The notes below the pieces were generated by a model. That model was given only the letters and a program-made list of their open reading frames with translations, did not search any database and was not told the origin of the DNA. 27,056 bases of DNA from Thermofilaceae archaeon (GTDB taxonomy: Archaea > Thermoproteota > Thermoprotei > Thermofilales > B69-G16). The position numbers were made by a program, and so were the translations under genes. Position 1 is the stretch's first letter. Each line of letters starts with the position of its first letter. Below, in pieces: positions 1-8,457 of this stretch. The DNA lies in the NCBI GenBank assembly GCA_027017165.1, contig JALURF010000105.1, forward strand, positions 1 through 27,056, in the 5' to 3' direction.

Positions 1-2
1 TT

Positions 3-575
3 TTCTTTTTTCTTAAAAAAACTTTTACTAAAACAGTAGCGGTTGAATTTAAAAAGGGAAGAGTCAAAATATTCTTTATAACTCGAGGAGTAAGAATAGA
101 ACTACCGGAGGAGGGTTCACTAATAGAAGAACTTAAAAGAGAATGTAGTAAAGAAGTAGAGTATAGGTGGTTCTACGATGATTATCCTCTCGATGTCTTA
201 ATCTCTATGCTAAACGACGCTGTTAAAGTTGAAACATGTGGAGATGTAGCAAAAATACTTAATCCTCCAAAATATATAGCAAGTTCGCCATTCGGCTATA
301 TAACAAACGCAGCATTCGGCATAAAAAATGATGAAGAACACGCAATATTCTACAAATACAGAGCCTTTATATACCTCGTAAAAAAGAAAGAAAAAACATC
401 CGCACCTGAAACCGGAAAACGCTATTACCTAGACGAAAACTACATGCTCGACTGGATTAAACGCTACATCGAAACCGCAGGTCCTATAGAAGTTTTAAAG
501 GTTAGGAGGAGAGCTAAAATAAAGCTAACCCTTGAAAATTTCGATAAAGTATTTGCTAAGAAAATGAAGAGTTAG
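3..575 (+). CDS. Hypothetical protein, 5'-truncated by the window edge
   Basis: The frame of the 207..575 ORF is open back to base 3 (FFFLKKTFTKTVAVEFKKGRVKIFFITRGVRIELPEEG...), so the true start is upstream of the window. No family recognised. Confidence 0.7.
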   Translation, partial: FFFLKKTFTKTVAVEFKKGRVKIFFITRGVRIELPEEGSLIEELKRECSKEVEYRWFYDDYPLDVLISMLNDAVKVETCGDVAKILNPPKYIASSPFGYITNAAFGIKNDEEHAIFYKYRAFIYLVKKKEKTSAPETGKRYYLDENYMLDWIKRYIETAGPIEVLKVRRRAKIKLTLENFDKVFAKKMKS

Positions 576-622
576 CTTGGGTTTAAGAGCGTTAGAAAGG
601 TAGGGAGCTTGTGTTGTCGATA

Positions 623-634
623 AAAACTTAAATA
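623..634 (+). promoter_or_regulatory. BRE/TATA element of tRNA-Leu (AAAACTTAAATA)
   Basis: Ends 26 nt before the tRNA 5' end. The identical 12-mer lies at the same spacing upstream of tRNA-Gly (23003-23014, -). Confidence 0.75.
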
Positions 635-659
635 AACAGGGTTTTATAGTTATCTAGGA

Positions 660-773
660 GCGGGGGTGCCCGAGCCAGGTCAAAGGGGGCGGACTTAAGA
701 TCTCGAGCATTTAGGGCCGAGATTTGAGATCCGTTGGCGAAGGCCTGCCCGGGTTCGAATCCCGGCCCCCGCA
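660..773 (+). tRNA. tRNA-Leu(UAA) with a 29-nt intron at the canonical 37/38 position
   Basis: Acceptor stem GCGGGGG/CCCCCGC, discriminator A, anticodon arm GCGGA-CT-TAA-G^A-TCCGT, long variable arm, T-loop TTCGAAT. CCA is not encoded. Confidence 0.93.
700..728 (+). other. tRNA-Leu intron (37/38), relaxed BHB
   Basis: ATCTCGAGCATTTAGGGCCGAGATTTGAG. The intron helix TCTCG/CGAGA is in canonical register and C32 pairs with intron G(-3), but the central helix has two U-U mismatches. Confidence 0.8.
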
Positions 774-831
774 CTCTACTTCTAGCCTCTAATAGGATAG
801 ATTTAAGAACTTTATCAGCATTAGTTAGATT

Positions 832-1166
832 GGGGTTAGCCGGCGGGCGGGCGTCGGGCTACCTCGGCGACGGGTAGCCTGAGGAAACTCCACCACCTCC
901 ATGGACCCGCGGCGCCGCGAGGCGCTGGGGGAAACCCCAGGCAACGGACCAGAAACGAGACCCCCTATACTCGGTGAGGAGGAGGCGGTTGAACCGCTCC
1001 GGCAACGGGGCGGGAGCTAACCCGTCGACGAGGGTATAGGAGTGGATGGAACGGCCGTCCCGCGGGTTAGAGCCAAACAGGGTCGATGAGTTCCATGGGG
1101 AGACCCGGGTGGGCTCTTAGATTGATCCCGCCTAGAACAGAAGGTGGGTTACCGCCGGCTGACCCC
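832..1166 (+). ncRNA. rnpB: RNase P RNA (full-length archaeal type)
   Basis: 15-bp terminal P1 helix GGGGTTAGCCGGCGG/CCGCCGGCTGACCCC. Conserved CR-I GAGGAAACTCC and CR-V AGAACAGAAGGTGGGTTA motifs. GC-rich and non-coding. Confidence 0.95.
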
Positions 1167-1220
1167 TTTAAGTGCTAAGATTTATTTTTGTGGCAACGAT
1201 TATTTAATGTTGGTGATCGT

Positions 1221-1463
1221 TTGAAACTGGCGTATGTTCTGATAAGCACGGAGATAGGGGCTGAGAAAGAAGTTCTAGAACACCTTAAGACGATACCGGA
1301 GGTTATGGAAGCCTACATAGTCTACGGGGTATACGATATTATAGTGAAGATATCGGTTGAAGAGATAGATCAGCTACGAGATATTATAACTTCGCGTATT
1401 AGGAGGTTTGGAAAAGTCAGGTCTACGTTGACGATGATCGTGGTGGAGGGATTTTCTAAATAG
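1221..1463 (+). CDS. Stand-alone Lrp/AsnC ligand-binding (RAM) domain protein
   Basis: AYVLISTEIG...EAYIVYGVYDIIVKI...GKVRSTLTMIV pattern with no HTH. Likely TTG start at 1221, after a GGTGAT RBS. Confidence 0.88.
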   Translation: MKLAYVLISTEIGAEKEVLEHLKTIPEVMEAYIVYGVYDIIVKISVEEIDQLRDIITSRIRRFGKVRSTLTMIVVEGFSK

Positions 1464-2771
1464 ATGCGGCTACTGATAGGTATAGATGATGTAGACTCGC
1501 CCCGCGGGATGTGTACAACTTACGCGGGGGCGCTTATAGCCGAAGCGCTTAGAGAGGTTGAGGGTTTATCTTTCCTAGATTATCCATTTTTGATAAGGCT
1601 TAACCCAAACATACCTTTTAAGACTAGGGGGAATGGAGCTGTAGCCTTCTATCTCGAAGTCCCGGAGTACCATTATGATTACCTCAAAGAAACCCTTGTG
1701 AGCATTATCGAGAGGGCGCTTATAAGGAGTAGGCGTAAACCGGAGCCTGTCATAGTCTTTTATAAAGGAACGAGTAGTAAGTTGAGGAGGTTTTATGAAA
1801 AAGCTTTAACGAGTATGGTTACTCTGAGCTACGCCGAGAGATTGGCGAACGAGTTGGGAGTAGAGTACTACGCTTTGGGAAAGGGGGGACGCGGGCTTAT
1901 AGGAGCGTTGGCGGCTATAGGAGCTATCCCTTTAAGGGAGTACACCTTCGAATTATTGTTATATAGGAGTCCATCTAAGCGGGGGAGAAGAGCTATCGAC
2001 CCGAAGTGGATACTAGAGATTGATAGGAAGTATAGGGACTATGTCTTCGCTAATTTTGATTTTTCTAGTAAGAGATTGCTCGCCGTGCCTCACGGCCCAG
2101 ACCCCGTTCTAGTGGGCATTAGGAGCGTTAACCCGTTAATTTTAGACGAAGTAAGAATTTTCTTAACGGCAAAGTGTGGAGATGTGAAGAAATGGATAAT
2201 CTATAAGACAAATCAGGGGACAGGAGTTCATTTGAAACGATCTTTGAAAATAGCGGCTGTTAAGCCCTATGACTCTTGTACCATCTCTGGCGTGGTATCG
2301 TCAAATCCCTCTATTCTAAAAGGGGGGCACGTGAAGATTAAAGTTAGAGATGATAGCGGGGAGATAGACTGCGTATTCTACAAAGAGACGGGCTTCTTAA
2401 ATAGAGTGGCGAGGTTTTTAAAACAGGGAGATAGGGTCGCAGTAGGAGGGGGTATAAGACCTGCGAGCAGTAGACACGGCTTAACGTTAAACGTTGAAGT
2501 ACTTAGAGTTGTGGAGACCGTGAAGATAAGGAAGGTGTATAATCCGCGTTGCCCGCGCTGTAAGCATAGGATGAAATCGGCTGGCAGGAATAAAGGTTAT
2601 AAATGCCCGAAATGTGGTTTTAAATCTAAAAACGTAAGGAAGGAAGTCGTAGTGGAGGACAGAATCCTAGAACCAGGGGTCTACCTGCCATCGCCTATAG
2701 CCTATAGGCATTTATCTAAGCCGAAGAGATTAATGGGCTGGGATGTAAAGTATCTGTCAAATCTTCATTAA
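1464..2771 (+). CDS. tiaS: tRNA(Ile2)-agmatinylcytidine synthase
   Basis: GIDDVDSPRGMCTTY, RLNPNIPFKTRGNGAV, PHGPDPVLVGIR, TNQGT, OB fold (GGHV), C-terminal CPRC...CPKC zinc ribbon and RHLSKP. Confidence 0.96.
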   Translation: MRLLIGIDDVDSPRGMCTTYAGALIAEALREVEGLSFLDYPFLIRLNPNIPFKTRGNGAVAFYLEVPEYHYDYLKETLVSIIERALIRSRRKPEPVIVFYKGTSSKLRRFYEKALTSMVTLSYAERLANELGVEYYALGKGGRGLIGALAAIGAIPLREYTFELLLYRSPSKRGRRAIDPKWILEIDRKYRDYVFANFDFSSKRLLAVPHGPDPVLVGIRSVNPLILDEVRIFLTAKCGDVKKWIIYKTNQGTGVHLKRSLKIAAVKPYDSCTISGVVSSNPSILKGGHVKIKVRDDSGEIDCVFYKETGFLNRVARFLKQGDRVAVGGGIRPASSRHGLTLNVEVLRVVETVKIRKVYNPRCPRCKHRMKSAGRNKGYKCPKCGFKSKNVRKEVVVEDRILEPGVYLPSPIAYRHLSKPKRLMGWDVKYLSNLH

Positions 2772-2796
2772 ATACTTGCTGGGAGAGCGGCGTAGT

Positions 2797-4080
2797 ATGA
2801 GGAAGAAAAAAGAAGTCAAGCTTAAAATACTGGGATCTGGAAGAGAAGTTGGAAGGTCGGGAATACTGCTAGAGTATGGAGATACTAGATTGCTGTTAGA
2901 CTACGGCGTCGCGTTGGGAAGTGAAGAACCCAGTTTTCCCCTCCACGTGGCTCCGAGAGAGCTCGACGGGATTCTATTGACTCACGCACATCTAGACCAT
3001 TCGGGCGCCGTGCCATTGCTGTATATAAGCGAGACGAAACCGCTGTACACGACAGCGCTCACCCTGGAGCTATCCCAGATATTGATTATGGATTTTCTGA
3101 AAATCTCCAAATTCTACGTACCCTACGAGGATATCGAGCTTAAGAACATGTCCCATTATTCAAAATTCGTGAAGTATGGCGAGAAGATAACTATCGGAGA
3201 TGGCGAAGTGGAGATTATTGAATCCGGTCATATACCCGGCAGCTGTATGTTTAAAATAAAGCTAGATGGTTTAACGGTGCTCTATACGGGCGACTATAAC
3301 ACTACGGAAACCTGTCTATTGTCCGGTTTTGACAAAGATATAGTTGGGGAGGTCGATATTTTAATTACAGAGGCGACTTATGCGGCATTTGACCATCCTC
3401 CGAGGGAGAAGGTAGAGGAGGTGTTTATAGAGAAGGTATATGAAGTATTAGAGGGCGGGGGTAGCGTTCTAATACCAGCATTTTCCGTAGGACGTGCTCA
3501 AGAAATTATGTGCGTATTAGCTAAGTATGATATAGAATACCCGGTTTACTTAGATGGCATGGCTAGGGTTGTAGCCGATCTATTGCTATACTACAAGGAT
3601 TTGTTGAGAGATCCGGGGCTCTATGAAAAAGCGTACGGTAAAGCTAAGATAGTTACCGGGTGGCGTATGCGTAAAAGAGCTTTGAAGAAGCCGAGCGTAA
3701 TTATCTCGCCAGCGGGTATGCTTAAGGGAGGGGCGTCGGTTTTCTATATGGAGAAGATTTTAAATGAGCCTAAACACGGCGTTTTCTTTGTAAGCTATTT
3801 GATAGAGGATACCCCGGGTCGTAGAGTAATCGAGGAAGGCGTTTTCGCTACTAAAAAGGGATTGAATAAGGTTAAAGCTAGGATTGAATGGTTTGATTTT
3901 TCCTCTCACGTGAGCAAAAGAGGCTTGCGTGAAGTAGCAAGAAAACTGCCCGGGCACTCTCACGTCGTCGTGGTTCACAGCGGGGAGGAGGGAGAGGATT
4001 TCATTAAGTACTGTAGGGAAGAGCTGGGGTTACCTGTTTACTTCCCGGAGAACGGCTCAGAGCTAATTTTCCAGTTCTAG
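2797..4080 (+). CDS. MBL-fold beta-CASP ribonuclease (aCPSF2/Ysh1-like, no KH domains)
   Basis: LGSGREVGRS, THAHLDHSG, SGHIPGS, YTGD, EATY, PAFSVGRAQE, FSSH and VVHS motifs. Start placed at ATG 2797 (ORF track gives 2776). Confidence 0.92.
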   Translation: MRKKKEVKLKILGSGREVGRSGILLEYGDTRLLLDYGVALGSEEPSFPLHVAPRELDGILLTHAHLDHSGAVPLLYISETKPLYTTALTLELSQILIMDFLKISKFYVPYEDIELKNMSHYSKFVKYGEKITIGDGEVEIIESGHIPGSCMFKIKLDGLTVLYTGDYNTTETCLLSGFDKDIVGEVDILITEATYAAFDHPPREKVEEVFIEKVYEVLEGGGSVLIPAFSVGRAQEIMCVLAKYDIEYPVYLDGMARVVADLLLYYKDLLRDPGLYEKAYGKAKIVTGWRMRKRALKKPSVIISPAGMLKGGASVFYMEKILNEPKHGVFFVSYLIEDTPGRRVIEEGVFATKKGLNKVKARIEWFDFSSHVSKRGLREVARKLPGHSHVVVVHSGEEGEDFIKYCREELGLPVYFPENGSELIFQF

Positions 4081-4081
4081 A

Positions 4082-4411
4082 GTGATTTCTGTGGATAAAA
4101 TGGAGAAAGAAGCTTTAAAGGCTGTAGTTGAAGGGCGGGTTATTAAGGTGGTTTTCGAGCCTAGCGGCGAGGTTTTATGGCTAGTATATGGCCGTAAATT
4201 TAAAAATCTCTATATCGTGATTCCGGGGCTCTACTGTTCCTGTAAGGGATTTACTATGAACGTGATACTTCGAAGAATCTCTAAGTATTGTTATCATATT
4301 AGGGCTAGGGATATCGCGGAGGAGAAAGGCGTATACGTGGAGAGGAGGTTAAAGGATAGGGATAAGCCGGCTTTCTTAAGAAAGATATTTTCAAAAATGT
4401 TAACTACTTAA
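4082..4411 (+). CDS. SWIM zinc-finger protein (SWS1/ZSWIM7-like)
   Basis: YCSCKGF-x(11)-CYH matches the SWIM CxC...CxH signature. Confidence 0.85.
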   Translation: MISVDKMEKEALKAVVEGRVIKVVFEPSGEVLWLVYGRKFKNLYIVIPGLYCSCKGFTMNVILRRISKYCYHIRARDIAEEKGVYVERRLKDRDKPAFLRKIFSKMLTT

Positions 4412-4448
4412 ATAGTGTGGTAGATTAAGTATCAGGTTAGTGTGATCT

Positions 4449-5921
4449 ATGAAAAGCGTCGACGAAATAATCGCAGTTATCCTGGCTGAGAAGCCCTCGC
4501 TTAAGATAAGCGATATCAGGGAAATGATAAAGAGAAAGGCGGAGGAACTAGGAGAGCTTGTGGATGAGTACGTGATAGCGCTCATGGTGGCGAAAGAGCT
4601 CGGCGTTTCCATTCCCAAAGAAGGGGAAAGCTTAAAGGTATCTAAACTTAGAATTCGTGATTTAATAGCCGGATTGCGAAACGTCAATCTAGTCGCCAGA
4701 GTCGTCAAGATAGATAGAGAAATTACTTTCTCTAGAAATGGGAAAACGCGTAAATGTCTCCGTATAGGAATAGGCGATGCTACCGGTGTTGTAAATCTCG
4801 TACTCTGGGACGATCAAATAGAGCAGATTAGAAACGTTAGGATAGGAGATGTAATACGAGTATCCAGAGGGTACACCCGGGAGTACCGGGGTAGAGTAGA
4901 GTTATACCTGGGGAGCGGCGGAAAGATATCGCTAGCGGAGGGCGAAGTTCCACCATTAGAGTATTTCTTAGAGAATTATGAACAGGAGTGCACGTTACTA
5001 CAAGTTAAAAACGTGCTTCAGCTCCACGAATTCACATGTGTTCGGGGAATTGATTTTAAAGGACGTAGGGTTCGGATATTGATTTGGGGCGGGCTGGGAG
5101 ACGGTTTAAAGGAGGAATGCTACTACGTTTGCGGCTTAAGGAGAAAATACGAGTCCGGAGATTTCATAGAATACTATACCAACTGGAATAAAGTAACTTT
5201 TACTCCATATCGGGCAAACATCCCGTCTATAGACTATAAGGTTTACACTCCTTCGCAGATCGATATCAAGGAAGCTCGAGATTTAATTCTCAAGGGATGG
5301 TATCTAGCTCTAAACCCTACAAAATTCCCTAAGATACTTCTAGGAGATAAAAGAAATTTCATTCAAGTACTTTTAACTAGCGACGACGTACTCCTCCCCA
5401 TTCTTGACTTCGATCCAGGGTTTGATATCCTTCTTGAGGGAGTTGACATAGTCGAGGGTAGCCGGGGTAGGATAGTAAAAATGGGTCGTTGCGGTCGTAT
5501 AAGGGTCATAGGTCCGAGTGAGCTTTTTTCCAGCGAAAAACCGCCTGAGAAGTTTATAATAGAAAGCAAAGGATTTTGCACATTAAAGGGAGCAGTTATT
5601 TCCCTAGACTTCAAATTCAGGCTAATAGAAACTGAAAGCGGCGAGAAAATAGCGTCGTTTTGTTCTCTATTAATAGATGATGGAACTGGACAAGCTAGAA
5701 TCTATAGTAGCAGCCCAGATATTATCAAGAACTTATTGGCTATGAGCGAGGGAGAAGCGCTAGATTACCTGAAAGCCGGAGTGCTGGATAAAATAGTGGC
5801 TTATATGAAGAAGGAATTTCTCGGTAAAAACCTCAATTTTGAATGTTTTGTATACGTTAGAGAGGAGGGTAGCCGGGTGGGCATGGCTTTTTCGATTTCG
5901 ACAGAGGCTGGAGAAGGATAA
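4449..5921 (+). CDS. Multi-OB-fold ssDNA-binding protein (RPA-like)
   Basis: N-terminal helical DUF2240-like segment, then a clear OB fold (IRDLIAGLRNVNLVARV...IGDATGVVNLVLWD). Diverged OB folds follow, including LIDDGTGQARI near the C-terminus. Confidence 0.82.
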   Translation: MKSVDEIIAVILAEKPSLKISDIREMIKRKAEELGELVDEYVIALMVAKELGVSIPKEGESLKVSKLRIRDLIAGLRNVNLVARVVKIDREITFSRNGKTRKCLRIGIGDATGVVNLVLWDDQIEQIRNVRIGDVIRVSRGYTREYRGRVELYLGSGGKISLAEGEVPPLEYFLENYEQECTLLQVKNVLQLHEFTCVRGIDFKGRRVRILIWGGLGDGLKEECYYVCGLRRKYESGDFIEYYTNWNKVTFTPYRANIPSIDYKVYTPSQIDIKEARDLILKGWYLALNPTKFPKILLGDKRNFIQVLLTSDDVLLPILDFDPGFDILLEGVDIVEGSRGRIVKMGRCGRIRVIGPSELFSSEKPPEKFIIESKGFCTLKGAVISLDFKFRLIETESGEKIASFCSLLIDDGTGQARIYSSSPDIIKNLLAMSEGEALDYLKAGVLDKIVAYMKKEFLGKNLNFECFVYVREEGSRVGMAFSISTEAGEG

Positions 5922-5978
5922 TAATTATATAATCAATGGGCGATTTAACAGATATACCTAAGGGAGGTATTTAAGAAA

Positions 5979-6230
5979 ATGGGGCGTAGAAAAAGTAGGA
6001 GAAAAATCAGGTTAAGGCCTAAAAAGAAAATACCATCCGTCTTCCAGTGCCCGCGTTGCGGGGTAACGGCGGTTTCAGTGAGTATAGATAAGAAAAACGG
6101 CGTGGTCGCTGTAGCCTGTGGAGCTTGCAAACTAAGATATACTTTCGAATATCAAGAGATATATCAGCCGGTAGACTACTATGGGAAATTCGTAGATGCA
6201 TTTGTAGAGGAAATGGGGATACCTGTATGA
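5979..6230 (+). CDS. elf1: Transcription elongation factor Elf1
   Basis: MGRRKSRRK...VFQCPRCG...VACGAC...QPVDYYGKFVD pattern. Confidence 0.93.
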   Translation: MGRRKSRRKIRLRPKKKIPSVFQCPRCGVTAVSVSIDKKNGVVAVACGACKLRYTFEYQEIYQPVDYYGKFVDAFVEEMGIPV

Positions 6231-7015
6231 GAAAAAATTACAAAGGAAAAGTAGAGAAGATGATCAAAGATAGATTAGCCGAAGATGGAGCTCTTCACAT
6301 GGTCTTAATAGACCCTGATATAACCCCGCCTGAAAGAGCGGCTGAAATAGCTGTTGAAGCCGAAAAAGCGGGGACTTTCGCGGTGATGGTAGGGGGTAGT
6401 ATAGGAGTTTCTGAGCAGATGGTCGATAAAACTGTTTTAGAGATAAAGGAGAAAGCCGATTTGCCTGTTATACTCTTCCCAGGCAGTATAGGAGAACTTA
6501 GTAGATACGCTGATGCCGTCTGGTTTCTTTCAGTCTTAAACTCTGTAAACCCCTACTTTATAATAGGGGGACAGATGCAAGCGGCGCCGATAGTTAAACG
6601 CTATGGCTTAGAGCCCATCCCCCTCGCCTACTTAATCCTTGGGAGCGGAGGCGCTGTAGGATACGTCAGCAATACTAGACCTATACCTTTTGAACAAGCC
6701 GAGGTCGCGGCTGCTTTTGCGCTTGCGGCTCAGTACATGGGCTTTAGGTTCGTATATCTTGAAGGCGGATCCGGGGGGAAGCCCGTACCTCCCGAAGTTA
6801 TTAACTATGTGAGGAGGATGGTTAAAATACCCATCGTAGTTGGCGGAGGTATAAGAAGCGGAAAATTGGCTGAACGTGCGGTAAAAGCGGGGGCGGATAT
6901 CATAGTTACGGGAACTATTATAGAAGAGACAAGTGAAGTCTATAACGTCCTTAAGGAAATAGTTAAAGCTATAAAGGATGCCGCTAGAAAGCGAAAAGGC
7001 CTAGATGAGCCATAA
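6227..7015 (+). CDS. Geranylgeranylglyceryl phosphate (GGGP) synthase
   Basis: LIDPD, VMVGGS, ILFPG, FLSVLNS, YLEGGSG and VGGGIRS motifs. Start at ATG 6227 overlaps the elf1 stop (ATGA). Confidence 0.94.
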   Translation: MRKNYKGKVEKMIKDRLAEDGALHMVLIDPDITPPERAAEIAVEAEKAGTFAVMVGGSIGVSEQMVDKTVLEIKEKADLPVILFPGSIGELSRYADAVWFLSVLNSVNPYFIIGGQMQAAPIVKRYGLEPIPLAYLILGSGGAVGYVSNTRPIPFEQAEVAAAFALAAQYMGFRFVYLEGGSGGKPVPPEVINYVRRMVKIPIVVGGGIRSGKLAERAVKAGADIIVTGTIIEETSEVYNVLKEIVKAIKDAARKRKGLDEP

Positions 7016-7169
7016 TTACTATAGTCATTAAAGCTATCGCTGAAATTATGACTATTTCCGGTCTAATCCCTATTCCCTCGATTTCCTCCTCGAAAAAAGA
7101 CATTAAACCCGCAGCTGACATCGTAGCCGGAGTTCTTTCCTTCTTCTTTCTAGCCTTAGGCATAAACAT
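6984..7169 (-). CDS. secG: Preprotein translocase subunit Sec61beta
   Basis: MSAAGLMSFFEEE...IRPEIVI followed by a single C-terminal TM helix. Confidence 0.92.
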   Translation of the reverse strand: MFMPKARKKKERTPATMSAAGLMSFFEEEIEGIGIRPEIVIISAIALMTIVIMAHLGLFAF

Positions 7170-7215
7170 CCCCCGACTAGATACTCGAGTTCTTCCATTT
7201 AAACCTTCCTAAACC

Positions 7216-8256
7216 ATGCCACTTATAAGGGAATTGCCCACTGGGAGTATAGTGGCAGGCAAACTGCCTAAGGGATGTGAGCTATGTCAACGGGGCAGAA
7301 AAAGCGTAGTATTTATAACTGGCTTATGTCCTCGTAGGTGTTTTTACTGTCCTCTAAGCAGAGATAGGAGAAGGGATGTTCTATTCATCAACGAGAAAGC
7401 AGTACTGAAGCTTGACGAGAAAACGTTGATAAGCGAAATTTTAAAATCTGATTCTCTCGGGGTAGGCATAACTGGCGGCGATCCCTTAGCTAAGCTTGAA
7501 AGGACTAATTTTATCATAAAAGTTCTAAAAGATTACTTCCCCGAAATGCATATTCACCTATATACAACCGGAGTCACTTTAACTAAGACAGTCTTGTCAA
7601 AGCTTGATAAAATTGGATTAGATGAGCTTAGAATACACCCTAAGCCGCGAAACTGGGATAAAATAGAGCTAGCGCTTAGGGAATCCGGCATGGATGTAGG
7701 AGCTGAAATACCGGCGCTACCGGGTTCTGAAAGAGAAATAATTAAATTTGCAGAGTATTTGACCGATGTCGGTGCTCATTTTTTAAATATAAACGAGCTC
7801 GAATTCAGCGAGACAAATGCAATAGCCCTCTTACAGAGAGGCTATCGCATGAACGAGGACTATATAACAGCTAAAGGAAGTAGAGATACCGCGATTAGAG
7901 CTCTCAAACAAGCAGCGCGAGAACTTGATCTAAATATACATTTCTGTCCCGCCGTGGTAAAGGATCGCTATCAGACAAGCCTTAGGCTATATAGAAAAGC
8001 TGTAGTAACCGCTAAAAACTACCAACAAGTAACAGATGAGGGATTACTAAAGTACTTGGAAATTATCACAGAGAACCCAGGAAAAATCCGTGAGTTAATC
8101 CCCGCTCCGCTATTAGAGATAATGGAAGGTAAGGCGTATACCAGCATGTTTTTCGCGGATCGTTTGGCGAAAGCGGGCTATGACGTGTATATAGTAGAGG
8201 AATCACCGACGCCGCAACGTCAAATACTAAATCGAGAAAGATATAAGCCCTATTAA
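7216..8256 (+). CDS. Radical SAM protein of unknown function (COG2108-like)
   Basis: GKLPKGCELC, TGLCPRRCFYCP (CxxxCxxC), ITGGDP, HLYT, LDELRIHP and FLNINELEFSETN motifs. Confidence 0.88.
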   Translation: MPLIRELPTGSIVAGKLPKGCELCQRGRKSVVFITGLCPRRCFYCPLSRDRRRDVLFINEKAVLKLDEKTLISEILKSDSLGVGITGGDPLAKLERTNFIIKVLKDYFPEMHIHLYTTGVTLTKTVLSKLDKIGLDELRIHPKPRNWDKIELALRESGMDVGAEIPALPGSEREIIKFAEYLTDVGAHFLNINELEFSETNAIALLQRGYRMNEDYITAKGSRDTAIRALKQAARELDLNIHFCPAVVKDRYQTSLRLYRKAVVTAKNYQQVTDEGLLKYLEIITENPGKIRELIPAPLLEIMEGKAYTSMFFADRLAKAGYDVYIVEESPTPQRQILNRERYKPY

Positions 8257-8333
8257 AACGCAATTCCGGCAAGAGTGACCAATTTCTCAACGCTATAGTG
8301 TCCTAAGACGTACTGAGTTTCCTTGTAAGGTAA

Positions 8334-8433
8334 AGCCCCGGGCGGGACTCGAACCCGCGATTCGGGCTCCCCGTTCTATAGGGAAGACCCCCGCCTTACC
8401 AAGGCGGTGCTCTACCGCCTGAGCTACCGGGGC
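8334..8433 (-). tRNA. tRNA-Thr(GGU) with a 27-nt non-canonical intron at 46/47
   Basis: GCCCCGG/CCGGGGC acceptor stem, CCGCC-TT-GGT-AA-GGCGG anticodon arm. The variable loop is restored to GGGTC after intron removal. Confidence 0.94.
8361..8387 (-). other. tRNA-Thr intron (46/47)
   Basis: TCTTCCCTATAGAACGGGGAGCCCGAA. BHB with central helix CGGG/CCCG, bulges GG^T and AA^T, and intron helix CTTCCC/GGGGAG. Confidence 0.9.
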
Positions 8434-8457
8434 TAATATATCTTCATTTAACTATTT

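Noticed and set aside
694-733. Alternative reading of the first tRNA as Ser(UGA) using the TGA near the intron 3' end
   Set aside because: The body and discriminator are Leu-type, and only the 37/38 junction gives a correct BHB register.
3760-3978. Antisense 72-aa ORF
   Set aside because: Shadow of the beta-CASP gene with no motifs. The same applies to 4400-4708, 5363-5614, 5945-6130 and 6019-6201.
6125-6226. N-terminal extension of GGGP synthase in the ORF track
   Set aside because: It overlaps elf1 by about 100 nt. The ATGA-coupled start at 6227 is more plausible.
7216-8256. Idea that the radical SAM gene is tetraether synthase (Tes), a Grs ring synthase or RaSEA
   Set aside because: Length and motifs do not match those families as I know them. 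Proximity to GGGP synthase and tgtA is not evidence.
8257-8333. Possible C/D sRNA (contains CTGA at about 8313)
   Set aside because: No credible box C at the right distance on either strand.
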